Origin: Azolla caroliniana
Lineage: Eukaryota; Plantae; Polypodiophyta
NCBI GenBank assembly: GCA_043228905.1
Contig: JBHGNT010000013.1
Location: 6,572,001 to 6,636,000, forward strand
Length of the DNA stretch: 64,000 nucleotides
Direction of reading: 5' to 3'
The notes under the pieces were generated by a model. That model did no database searches, was not told the DNA's origin, and was given only the letters and a program-made list of their open reading frames with translations. Positions 12,027 to 24,800 of this stretch are shown one piece after another. The translations under genes and the position numbers were made by a program. How positions within the stretch are numbered: position 1 is the stretch's first letter; each line of letters opens with the position of its first letter.

Positions 12027-15000
12027 GTAGGCATCCCTGTGCATCCTGTGTATTCATTGTATCCCTTCAAACAATATTGCTCATGGATAGAGTTGCTAGT
12101 TTCTTGGTGCTATTTGGTTGACATTGAAATTACAATGTAAAGATTGAGTTCTTCATGAATGCATAAAAAACATCTACATCGAACAAATTGGATAGATCGC
12201 AGCTCGTGTCAATGCCCCATATACCATATTGGATCCATTTCATGTGATCCTACACCTGCTGCTTGTATAGATAGGCTACAGCTATATACTGTTGCTGAAC
12301 CAATGAATGGATGTTGTATTTTGAAATGCAGGTTTATCACCTTTCCATTGGAGCCGCATGCGGGCTCTCGTGGCCATCGGATAGGCTCATCATTCAAGTC
12401 TTGGACGATTCCACGGATGCTACGATGAAGGTAACTACATATTTTTAATTCAAAGCAAGCTCTAAGTCACATGTACCAACATACATACATACATACATGT
12501 ACATACATGTGTGTTTGTTTAGCCAACCCCAATAGCATCATGCTCACAGACATGTATATGTATGTATATAATTAATTAGTTATGCATTCTTATATGGCAA
12601 CATTCTCGTTCGTTTACGATCATATCACGGGCTTACGCGTGCTTAGATAATAGTACATGATGGCACATGATTTTATTGCTAATGATTATGAATACTAGTT
12701 TAATCTAAGTTGATTAAAGAATCGGAAGACAAAAGAATACGGGGGATTATGATTATATAAGAAGATGGTGGTGCAGGTAGATGATGATGATGATTGGCAT
12801 GTTGTTTGTTTGCATTGTGTTAAATTTATTGGTAGGAGCTAGTGAGGATGGAATGTGCGAAATGGGCGAATAAGGGGGTGGACATTCGGTATGAGATCCG
12901 AGGGACGAGGGCCGGCTACAAGGCGGGCGCATTGAAAGAGGGTATGCAACACCCTTATGTACATCAATGTGACTTCGTCGCCATCTTCGATGCAGACTTC
13001 CGACCTGATCGCCACTTCTTATGGTCTACACTCCCTTTCCTCATTCACAATCCCGAAATCGCCCTTGTTCAAGCTCGTTGGCATTTCGGTAAGCTTCCTT
13101 AGTTACTTATAGGTCCATCCATTTATTCAAGACTTGGTACTATTCCCTCCCATGTCCACATATAGAGAGAAAAATATGTGATTTGCTCTTGTTGAGATAT
13201 TTTGATAAAGAGGACTTTAAAATCATCCTCCAATCCACATAGTGGGCCTCTCAAGTTTCGCTAGGCTCCCCCTCCACACGGACCCATCAGACTTTGATGC
13301 TCTACCCAAGAACTGGCACCAACTGCCTGCAAATTGCAATCTTCATAGTCATCGTGGACTACTTCATGGCAATAGTTTGATCATCCTATTTGTACATGAT
13401 GGATGTTTATATGATGAATGAGCAACTAACTGTCTACAACTCTACATCTCTCTTTTTGTAGGTTTGCTGGGCAATTTGCATTGTAGAGCCTACGCCAAAT
13501 CAAATTCAATTTCATGAATAAATTGTGATGCATTATAGTAAAATGTTATGTTTCTAGATGTGTACAGAACGTCTAGGAGCCCATGATGTCTATAGTACAT
13601 ATTAAAGGCTTAGTACATACATCTTTGTAACATAAAGGAAAATTGAAAATTCCACAATCTAGTACAACATGGAATTTTGCACCACGTTTAAATAAATACT
13701 TATCAAGCAAGTCCCTTGTATGGCCACCATGTCATCATCTCAAAGTCTTGAGCTTATGGAATTTTGCTGCAAACCATGTCACTAAGTCTGGAGCAAGTAC
13801 TTGCAATTACATTCACAAAGTTTTGATTTCCATGTATTACATAGAGCTTGTGATAGGAAGTCATTATGTCTTTTGACACTTAAAAAACCAAATAATTCTT
13901 CAAAGTTGACTCCAAATATTTGCCTTTTCTTGCCTTATAGTGAATTCAGATGAATGTTTATTGACAAGGATGCAAGAGATGTCATTAGACTATCATTTCT
14001 CCGTGGAACAAGAAGTTGGATCGTCTGCATATGGTTTCTTTGGTTTTAACGGTATGTACAATATAAACATTTTTGAAATGGTACAACGAGAATGGCAATC
14101 ATATGAGTTCCATGGCTTGCATCCAACTATAGATATTCTTTAGTTAAATTTTTTATGCATACATATATCTTTGGCGAAAACTAGGAGCTTTATGAGTGCA
14201 AAACCATGTCCCTAATTCATGTACTATATAGTATTATTAGGAAACATCAGGTTCTTAATCAAAATGATGTCAAGGAATAATAGAATTTAACATTCTCTTT
14301 ATAAAATGTTTGTTGAACAAAAAATAGGAACTGCGGGTGTATGGCGTATTAGTGCGATCAACGAAGCGGGTGGTTGGAAGGATACAACTACAGTCGAAGA
14401 CATGGACCTTGCTGTTCGTGCAAGCTTGAAAGGATGGAAGTTTGTCTATTTACATGATCTAGGGGTAAACACATTTAAATGACATTTCTAAAAGTTTTCT
14501 ATAACAAGTATCAAGATGTTTGCATGGTCATCTCAAGTGCCATTGCATATATGAACGTTGTAAACCATAGATGTATGACATTATGTGTAGTTGGTTCACT
14601 TTGAATGTTGAATTGGATGTAACATCCATTCTCTAGTTCGGGTCATATTTACAAACCCACATAAAGAATTGATGGATTCAAATACCATGATTATGTCAAT
14701 TTTATTTTACAGGTGAAAAGTGAGCTTCCTAGTACATTCGAAGCCTTTCGAAACCAACAACATCGTTGGTCTTGTGGACCTGCAAAGTTGTTTAGGGATA
14801 TTCTCCCATATATACTTAAGAACAAGGTGATTATTAAAAATAGTTGCACATTATATGATAATAATAAACAAAACAACAAACCTCTCTATTATCTAACGCT
14901 TGAGTTGTATAATTATACATCGTTAAATCTCAAAGAATCGTCCCCCTTTCATCCTTAAACTCATTAATCCACATGCACAACTTCTTAAACTTAACATCTT

Positions 15001-18000
15001 TGGCCTACATTAGTTCATTGTTCTCCTCAAATTATTATGGCAAACTAGTTTTAGTCCATGAATATTTCCAACATAAACCAAATGTTCAAGTTCATTATTA
15101 TCTCTAGGTAGGCACTCATACATAAGGCGTTTTAGGGAATATAATATTCTTCCATCCTAAATTATACATGAGAACTTTTTATAGGTCTTTGCCTACATGG
15201 CTCTCTCTTGTTGAGTTATCTCGATGAAATTTAGGCAACCCTTTTATAGATACTAGGGAAGAGTTATTTAACCTATTTTGGAGGGAATATTTGGATGAAA
15301 TTTAGCCAACCCTTTTATAAATATTGTGGTGTGCATGTATGCCTTTGTGCCGCTCTTTTAGCACACCCATCCTAAAAAGGGTGTGCAAAAAGAGTGGCAC
15401 AAAGGCATACATGCACACCACAATATATTAGGGTACATTTTGGGGGAAGTTGCCTATTATTTAAAGTTTAGTTGGACCTATCCTCTATCCACAACCACAT
15501 ATACTTCTTTCGTGGGAGAAAATTATACTCTCTTTTTTTTTGCTATATTTGTCTCTCTCACTCTCAAATTATATTGTCATACATGAATATAGCCTTGTAG
15601 AAGATTGTCGCCATTTTAGGCACAATAAAACAAACTTGATGTCCATTTGTGTGTACCATGAGTTGGTTTTGTCACATCAACATTACATTGAATTGTGACC
15701 CTATTATCATGAGTATTTGATTAAATATTCTAGATGTGCATTTGGTTGACGTGTGCCTAAGGGACATGGTCTTAAGAAGTGAGCATAATGTACATTGTAT
15801 CATGGCACTGTATTTGTAGAAGAGACTTAGGATGGGTTCAAATGGGATTGTCAAATCTAAAACATGGCAAGATTTATGAAATTATGTTAATTTGTCAAAC
15901 GACCAAACTGGAAGCAGACACTGATGACAACATGAGAATAATAAATCTTGAAAATAGATATGGGATATGTTTACAAGAGGTTTTGTCAATTGACATCAAG
16001 CTAACATAGGAATTGGCTTTTATCACAGAAAATAAAGTTGTGGCATAAGATCCACATGGTCTACGGATTCTTTGTGGTGAGGAAGATAGTGGCGCACATT
16101 GTGACCTTTGCCTTCTTTTGTTTGGTATTACCCACAACTGTGCTAATTCCTGAGGTCCGTGTCCCAAGATGGGGTGCAATCTACATGCCCTTTTTAATCA
16201 CCTTACACAATGCCATCTTCACATTCAGGTATCTCTCTCTCCCCATGTATTTGACATAATATATTATGTACATACGTATGTATGTATGTATGTATGTATG
16301 TATGTATGTATGTATGTATGTATGTATGTATGCACGTGCGCATTTATTTGTCTTCCCTTCATGTGTGTGTGTGTGTATTTGTGTTTATTTATATTCTATT
16401 CATGGGCTCAATTTATTTGACATAACACCTTAACTCTCCTTATTGAAGACACCTTCCTATGAGAGTGCTCACCCAATATAAGATACTTAAACAACTCAGT
16501 GAATACTCATGTTATAGTTTTCTGACACTCAATACCATAGGAAATGTTTGGTTTTTAAAGACACCGATTGATCCCTCTTTACCTGTTTTCCATCCTTGCT
16601 AATGATTCCACATGACTTCGTTATCATTCCCTTCAATATGAGAGTGTGTTGGGGCACAAGAGAGGAGACTTATTTACTATAGTTTGCGCTGAACAAATTT
16701 GGGAGTCAAGTATTCAATAAAAAAACAAAACAATAGACCCCTAAAGAAGCTAGAAGTGATGAATGCTTCATTAAAGGAAGAAGAAGACAAAATGAAAGCT
16801 CATGCACTTTATGCACATGATATTGAGTGGGCTAAAAGGGAAAGTCTAAAAAATGTTGAGAATGGAAACAAAGTTCAAGGAATGTTCCTATCTTAAAGAA
16901 GGTTACTAGAAGGAGACAATATATTCAGAGGAAGACCTCATGTCAACTCAACTTGAACACCACAAATAAAACATGCCATGGATTTTCTATAGAGGCGGCA
17001 TGGGGAGGAATAAAAGATCATATTTGACAAAATTTGACGTAGAGGTGTATAGTTTGTTGCTAAGGACAAAGTAAAAGACCATGGATTTTCTTGAATTAGG
17101 AGACAATATAGCACACAACTAGCCTCACCTCCTAATTGTCAAGAATATGCAAAAATAAAACACCATTGATATTTACAAATTGAAAAGGCCCAAGATCATG
17201 ATGGATTGTAAAATGAGAACTTTGTCTATGTCCATATAATCTTGGTCATGAATCATTCACATATCTATTAGAGCTATGCGTGAAGGTTTCCTAGATATTT
17301 GAGCTAAAACATAAAAATGTACCAAGAAACTATAGGGAAGTTACCATTGGCCTTCACTTGGCTTGATCCTAGAGTAAAACTTGAATGCACATGCAATAAA
17401 TAATGGATATTGCTTAGCTAGGAAGCATGTTCCTAAAATAGTTTCACGATAACTTTGGATCCTATAAGCCCTTATTGAATAAAGAATACCTGTTAAAGGT
17501 GAATCTATTGTCACTTTGTGAATTTCTTAAAAGCCTTAGATACTATATTGTGCTTGGTTCATGCATTAGCTAGAAGCATTTGGCATCACCACAGATGTGT
17601 TATGTGAAATCAATGCACTATATGAATCAAAGCCTAAACCCTAAACCCGCATGCTTCGAAGGGGGTGTTAGATGTTATGGTTAATAATATGACGGTGCAA
17701 CAAGGGTTCCCACTATCACTTGCTCTCTTAGCTCTTTACATAGATGAGGTATCTAATTTGAAAAAGAGATTGGTTGGTTTTATGACCACACTTGGTAAGG
17801 ATGGCTATGCCAATGTTACTATATGTTGATAAGATTGTGTTGATCTCTAACTCCATAGAAGGGAGTACAAAAGTATCTAGATGCTTTTAAATTTTTCTTT
17901 GTGTAGATAGATTTTTCAATATCCTTGGTAAAATGGATAGTATTATGGGTAACACCATTCAAACCATACTTCTTCTTGGGTAACACATACAATCCCATAT

Positions 18001-20284
18001 ATAGCTAGGATCAGAACATTTATAGAGCTTTGGTTCTCCTTGAGGTAATAATCTTAGGAACTAATTCCAAAAGCTAATCCTAGAACATGGGGCAGAGTCA
18101 TAAGGACCTATGACACGTGGGAATACATGATGGTTTGGGAGACTAAGAAGTGGAGCCATACAAAGAAGACTAGTATTTCTTTCTCATTATGACATCTCCT
18201 AGATGTTGCTAGGAATCTATTGGTGGGTCAAAACTCTCATTATTCAAATCCATATTCATCTTCGCTCCAAGGTATACATACATACTATAATGACCATGTT
18301 TGGTGGAATGCGACATTGATGGGGTTTCATATTTGTCTTTTGTTTTTTGTTTCCAGGGTGGTGCATATGGTTAAGCACACTTAATCCATTATTATATATT
18401 CAATCGTTACTATCTTCACATGAATTTCTTGCGGTTATGAAACCGTTGGTGTAGTTAAAAACAAATGGGCAAATATACATTTCAAATAACTATAAACTAA
18501 ACTTTGGTTCTTTGATACACTTACAATATTCACTGTAGCAATAGGAGGATTGGTCCTTCATAAGACATATAATTGGATCGATTTGCTCCATCACTCACTC
18601 TCGATGATTTCCCACATGATTAAGGAACAAATCATTTGTGCCCCATGCTAATCTAGCAGTTTGGGGCACGCCACTATTTTGACTAGTGATCAGTATTCAA
18701 TACATTTTGGAGTTTATGCCATGAAAATTTAGATAGCTTTAATTGCAAATGACACATATAAATTTGCGCATTGAGTCCTCCGCTCAAAAGTGATGGCATT
18801 TTAATTGAAGTCACTAACTACCAAAGGTGCCCACCATTGCCCCATAAAGAAATAGTCTGGCACAAAGTAGAAGATAAGATTTTGATGGTCATGGCACAAC
18901 AATCGAAATAGCTTTAGCATGTTGGGGATATATGTATAGTGAGGATTTGTGTTTTGAATCCTTGTCAATCAATAGAGGAAAACATGTTCCATATACATAT
19001 TATCAAAAGTTGGATGTTTCTTTTAAAGCCACTAACTATACTATATATGAAAGGTAATAGATAGTGAACCCCCAAATGTTGTGCCCACTTTCTGATTCAC
19101 AATACATATTGATATGATGTACCCACCTACTCGGCGTTGCCTACAAATCTAAATCTAAGGTTTACTTCTTGTTCCTCCATTATCATCTTTCATTTCATTT
19201 CCCTACTACTCCGAAAGATTTACTTTCCATTGGTTAACTGCCTTTCACCACAACTATGATGATGTCATCTACCTCTACAATTAGAAAAAGAATGAAGATT
19301 GATTTATTTTCCTCATACTTGGGTATAAATGAATGCCATTTTCATGTGCAAAGTCATTATTATTGTTCCCTTTATAGATCTCTTCACTTGCTTGTGTTTT
19401 GGATCCTCTTCGAAAATGTCATGTCATTGCATCGAATGAAAGCCACCATCATTGGGCTTCTCAACCTCCACAGTGTGAATGAATGGATAGTTACCGAAAA
19501 GCTCGGAGATACCTTTCGAAGGAGGTCGGGAAAGTCCAACGAAGAAAAATCATTATGGAAGTTTGGAGAAGGGTAAGGGTCCTCCTGTATGGAGGTTTGC
19601 TTGTGTTTTCGAATTATATTTATTTTTTGTTATATATAAAGTAGAAGTGGTCCATTCCATTCAATCATCATGGTATAGCTAGCTCATTAAGGGCTAATTA
19701 ACAAATTACAATCTCAAATTTATTACATACATATATGATATGTTTAGATTATAAAAATAAAAACCATATGTTTCAAGCATAGATTGACCCTAAACCCTAA
19801 ACCCTATTATTCTAGATTAGGAAATGGCCCCAAGAATATTATAAAACCATTCGCTTTGCAATAAATTTACATAATAAAAATCAATTAATTCACTAAAGAA
19901 AGAACAATCACTCATTAACTGATTTTACATCTATTTTATTATTTATTTATTATAAATAAAATGAATACTTTTACAAGAATACTTTTACCATAGATTGCCA
20001 TGTTTTTCAAGAATAAAAAACATATGTCTAAATGTACCCTAATTCTTGGTTATTGTTTCAATTTTTGGCATGTTTTTTGGGTCATGGTCTCATTTGATTC
20101 AACCTTATTATTCTATTTGGATAGGACACATATACTAGAGCTTATAGTTGGTACCTATATCCTTTTTTGTGCGCTATACGACTTCAACTATGGACACAAT
20201 CACTTCTACCTCTTTTTGTTCTTGCAATCAATGGCATTCTTTATTATGGGTTTTGGATATATTGGAATTCATGTTCCAAGCTAA
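11652..20284 (+). CDS. CSLA: Cellulose synthase-like A (GT2 glucomannan 4-beta-mannosyltransferase), 9 exons, 547 aa
   Basis: join(11652..12026,12332..12430,12836..13088,13941..14051,14328..14464,14713..14826,16029..16228,19378..19572,20125..20284) = 1644 nt. All introns are GT-AG with consistent phases. Motifs: [42 protein letters not shown]; C-terminal TM helices. Which Met initiates is uncertain. Confidence 0.95.
12332..12430 (+). CDS. CSLA: CSLA exon 2
   Basis: [33 protein letters not shown], flanked by AG/GT. Confidence 0.93.
12836..13088 (+). CDS. CSLA: CSLA exon 3
   Basis: [31 protein letters not shown]. Confidence 0.93.
13941..14051 (+). CDS. CSLA: CSLA exon 4
   Basis: [33 protein letters not shown]. 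Confidence 0.93.
14328..14464 (+). CDS. CSLA: CSLA exon 5
   Basis: [38 protein letters not shown]; absent from the ORF track. Confidence 0.93.
14713..14826 (+). CDS. CSLA: CSLA exon 6
   Basis: [27 protein letters not shown] (QxxRW motif). Confidence 0.93.
15321..15426. repeat. Near-perfect inverted repeat (48-bp arms, 10-nt loop) in CSLA intron 6; possible small MITE
   Basis: ATATTGTGGTGTGCATGTATGCCTTTGTGCC.. pairs with ..GGCACAAAGGCATACATGCACACCACAATAT with 2 mismatches. Confidence 0.85.
16029..16228 (+). CDS. CSLA: CSLA exon 7
   Basis: [27 protein letters not shown].. (TM segments). Confidence 0.9.
16277..16332. repeat. (TATG)n microsatellite
   Basis: Direct tandem repeat in intron 7. 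Confidence 0.95.
17760..18300 (+). pseudogene. Ancient RTE-type LINE RT remnant in CSLA intron 7
   Basis: [22 protein letters not shown] resembles the LLYADD region of the LINE at 3380-3450. Boundaries are approximate. Confidence 0.4.
19378..19572 (+). CDS. CSLA: CSLA exon 8
   Basis: [29 protein letters not shown]. Confidence 0.92.
20125..20284 (+). CDS. CSLA: CSLA exon 9
   Basis: [28 protein letters not shown]..stop. Confidence 0.92.
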
Positions 20285-21819
20285 ACTAATGGCTTAGGAC
20301 CTTCTACCAAGTAATGACATTCTTTTGCAACAATGTTTAATAACATTATTGCAACAATTCAACGTTGGCCATGAAATTAGGGAGCCACAATGCCACATTA
20401 AAAGAGATGTATGGCACCTTGAAAATCAAGAAACAACCAATCTTTGGGACTTTTTGGCACTATTATGCCGGTCTTACATGTACACAATTGGAAATATGAT
20501 AAATTACTAGTTTTTTTCAACTTGTTAGTGAATGCCACTATTACAATTATGAAGCAATCTCCACGAACATCTAGGTTATGTTGCAATTGGGAAATTTGTT
20601 GTAAAGCTCAACATCTAATATGTACTACATAGTAGGAAAGAAATTGAAAGTGTAATAGATCAATAAAAAGAAAGTAAAATATGAGCATATACTTTACCAT
20701 TTACGCTTTGAAAAACATCTTAAGGGAGCTTAAGATAGTGGATTAAAACAAGAACTACTCTACGAAAAATACAATGGGAAAGTGGAAAGCATAGATGGTG
20801 TAGTAAAAAATTTTGATATATTGAATCATATATTTGTATACAAGATTGTTGTGTCCAGACATTAGTTGATTGTTGATTGTAGTCAACCAAGCGGGCTATT
20901 GATAAGTAGCTAAGCATTTAAAATGTATTCTACATTGTTTTTATTAATACTTCCGATATGTAACATCTAAAGGTATAATGTGGTAAATACGTAAATACGT
21001 TATAATATGTTGAATACATACTAATTAGAACAAGTTGGATCTTGCCACGTGTTTACACACTTTTACTAAATCTTAGTGACAGACAATATGCACATTCATT
21101 TGAGGGGCCCTATGGTAAAATTGTTCAAATACTCTTAGTGACAATACTAGGACTTTGGTGGTGAAGATAGATCGATAGGCATGTTCCAACAAATTGAAGA
21201 AAAAAAGAAAATGAAGGAGGAAATTGATTTGTAGAATCATGATTATTCTTCAAAGTTGGCTAAATTGTTTTGTGAAAAAAAGGAGCATTTTTTATTAACA
21301 TAAAATTGATAGTTCTAAAAATGTAGAATATATTTTCAATATGTTCCTATGAGAATTCATTCATATATGTGTGTGAAATGTTGAGCCAAGGCCAATGTGA
21401 ACCCAAACCCAAGGAAATGGCTTTTCTGTGAAAGGTTTTGGAAGTTAGCATATGAGATGAGAGTCTTTTGGTCTTCTTTAAATAGAGCTTCTTACTTCAA
21501 TTCACATACATAGTAATATTGTAAAGATGCACTATGTGTGTCGAATAAAGTTTATAATAGGGATTATGTGAGTCACAATGTGAGTATGTTTGAAGGTGGT
21601 TTACGAGTTGATGTGTCCATGTGAAATTGAACTAATGAAATGAGTACATATGTGTTCATATGTTTGTATGCATTTGCCATAAATGTGAGCATGAAGTTAC
21701 ATGTGTGTGCGCTTGTGGATATTTTTGAGTGTGAGTGCACATGCAACTATGTATAAAGTCTATGTGGGTGAAAAGCATGGGAATAGAAACACTATTATAG
21801 CTAACATGTAGCCAAAAAG

Positions 21820-24800
21820 TGTTGGGAAACATGTCCCTCTAGATAGGAAGAGCACACCAAATCGGATGAAGAGCAACGGAGAGCTCGATCAGATGGATTC
21901 GGAGTGGGCCATATTTGTAAATAGCCCATAGTGTGTATGAGTATAAATACACCTAGGGCAAATAATTCTGTGTGTGATATGAATTGTAGTGGACAGAGAG
22001 TGAGTGTGTGTTGAGTGAAACTCTATTGTAACCGTTAGACGAAGAGGAGCTCAAGGTCGTCGGCTTAGAGTGTCTTGTGTATTCCCTTTCTTATACTAGT
22101 GGTATAGTTTAGAGTTTGTGGACAACCATGGTTTTCCACATAAAATATTCTAGCTCTCTTGTCTTTGTGCTTTGTTCTTGTTTGTTGTCTTGGTTGTTGT
22201 GTCTCTCATTTGCATGTGTCAACCGGTTGTGGCCGGCTATTATCCACTTGAAATTGGTATTAGAGCGATGGATGAACATCTCAAAGCATTGTTCAAGCTA
22301 ATCAACTCCAACTATTCAGTCTAGAAGTCGAAGATAAGAGATATGTTGGTATGCAGAGACCTCTGTTACCCGTAGGAGTTGTACGGGGCGGTATAAGGGT
22401 AAAACACGTTGAAGGGGTTGTTCGGTATGTGTAATGTATATGAGTGTGAAGATGAGTATGTGTGAGCACATGCACAACTATGTAAATGTGACAAGAGTGT
22501 AACGATCTCTTTTGTAACGGTCATTATTTACAGTTACATTTTGTATTATATAAACCCCTTATGGGACATGTAATGGATAGGCAATTTTCCCTCTCATTTT
22601 GGTGTCTTTGTGTATTTGTCTTTCTCTCTAGCTCTCTCTCTAACTTAACCCCTTGAGAGGGGGGTGACCACCCCAACAACACTTTTGGCACGCTCGAAAG
22701 GATGACCCTCCCTTGAAAAGAAGTCATGTTTCCCTCCCTTGCTCTCCCTCTCCAACTAACGTCTCTCTGTCTCTCTCTCCCTCTCTGCATCTCTATGTGT
22801 GTATGTGTGTGTTGAGAAACATACAACTCAAGTTTGGGCGCCATTGATTTCAAGCAAGTAAGGAAGTGTATGTAGCTAAAGAAAGCTAAACAGATCAAGG
22901 AAGCTGAGAGAAAGCATGTTTAGGAAGCAAGAAGAAGAGTTGAGCTCCATGGCGGTTCCCTGTTCTAGAGATGCCATGGCAAAATTTGTCCACAGTTAGG
23001 CCTCCCAACTATGTCTCTACAAGTTGCTGCAAGGTCCCAAAAAGAAGGGGCTTTAGACCTTTGGTCTGACAAAGATGGACCTGAACGTTTTTTAATCTCA
23101 AGCTCTTCACGGCTATGGCCTGTATCATCACTCCCCACTCAATCTCTTTCTTCCCAACTCTTTGCCCCATCCCCCTATTTACCCTTCTCATTCATCATTC
23201 AGTACTGCAGAAAACCCTAATCCTAAAAGCTAGACACATAGTTAGATCCTTCTCTAACGTTTTCCTTTTGTGACAAAACCCCTAATCCATGATCTTCTGT
23301 CCCTAGTTGATCCCCTCGTGGTATTGTTGAACCTTAGCTAGCCTCCCCTTCTTGTTCCATTGCGAAGCTCTAGTCACTTGCTCTGCAACAGTCATCCCAT
23401 CAATGTTATTTTTATAGATGTTATTTTTATAGATGTAGGAGACGTTGTTATGCAAGTATGTGTGGTTGCTGTCAAGAAAGGTCAGTCGAAAGTGATGATG
23501 AATCATGCTTTCGACTAATCCTTAAGTGCAAGGGACTGTGAAGAATTTCTATTTGATGATCCCTAAGTTCAAATACAAGTACAAGATTGATGGCCATTCT
23601 GATGCAAGAGCATTACAGATTCTTACAAATTACCAAGATTTTTACTAATGTATTCAAGGAGCCTAGCAGGACCAAGAATGCTAGTGAATGTACGGCTTGA
23701 GGTTGTGTTGTCTAGTGTGCTATGTCTTGAGTGAAAAGGATCTACCCTAACTCTAAAGGAGGAGGCGCTTCTTTACAGACTATCCTACAGCCCCAACAGA
23801 CGGTCGGACGATCGATCGAACGGACGAAGATAGTCAGCGGACGGACGACGGTCGGACAAACGTCTGAAGGCCGGCAGACGGACAACCGTAGACACAGCCA
23901 CGGAGAGGGACTGCCAACGACCGTGGAGATAGCCGAAGGACAATCGACCCCGAAGGACAGTCAAAAGACTCCGACGACCGACGAACGGTGACAGCCGGCC
24001 GATGGCAACGGTTGAGAATGATCATGGCCGAGAGGACGGCCAAGACGCGGTTGAGAGTATGGCTAAGAGATGGCCGGAAAACGACGGCCGAGAGACGCGG
24101 CGAAAAGCATAGCCGGAACCAAGAATATGGCCGAGATGCGTAGCCTAGAATACGCCGAGACGCGTGGCCGGGATGCGCGGCCCAGAATACGACTGAGATG
24201 CGTGGCCGAGACGCATGGCCCAGAATACGGCCGAGATGCACGGCCCAGAATACGGCTGAGGCGCGCGGCCTAGAGTATGGCCAAGACGTGTTTCCGAGGC
24301 GCACGACCAAGACATGGCTGAGAAACCGAGCGTGGCCGAGATGCAGCCGAACGGTTGCCAATAGATGGCCACGGACAGAGCTGGCCAGCCGGTTGGACAG
24401 CGGACAACAGGGCAATAGAGGCGGACGCACAGATAGATGGAGACGGGCCAAAGACGGCCAATGGAAGAAGAAGAACCAAGAAGAGGGAAAGGAAGAAATG
24501 AGAAGATACGTGGAAGATAGAAGGATGCACAGAAAACAGAAGAAGAAAAAGGAAAAGAGGTGGGTGAACAAGATCGAAACGGGGGAGCAGGGGAAAGGAA
24601 GGGGAACAAAAGATAGATAGAAGAAGACCGACGCAGAGAAGAAAGAGAAAACATACGCAGAGAAGGTACGCAGAGAAAATGAAAAAAGAAGAAGAAGAAG
24701 AAGAGGGGAAAAAATGAAAAAATAAAAAAAATGAAGAAATAGAAGGGCATTCTACACAATTTCAGAAACGTAAGGGCAGAGAGGAAATTTTCAATAATTC

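Noticed and set aside
16690-17640. Possible DNA-transposon remnant in CSLA intron 7
   Set aside because: No TIR/TSD or convincing motif could be read.
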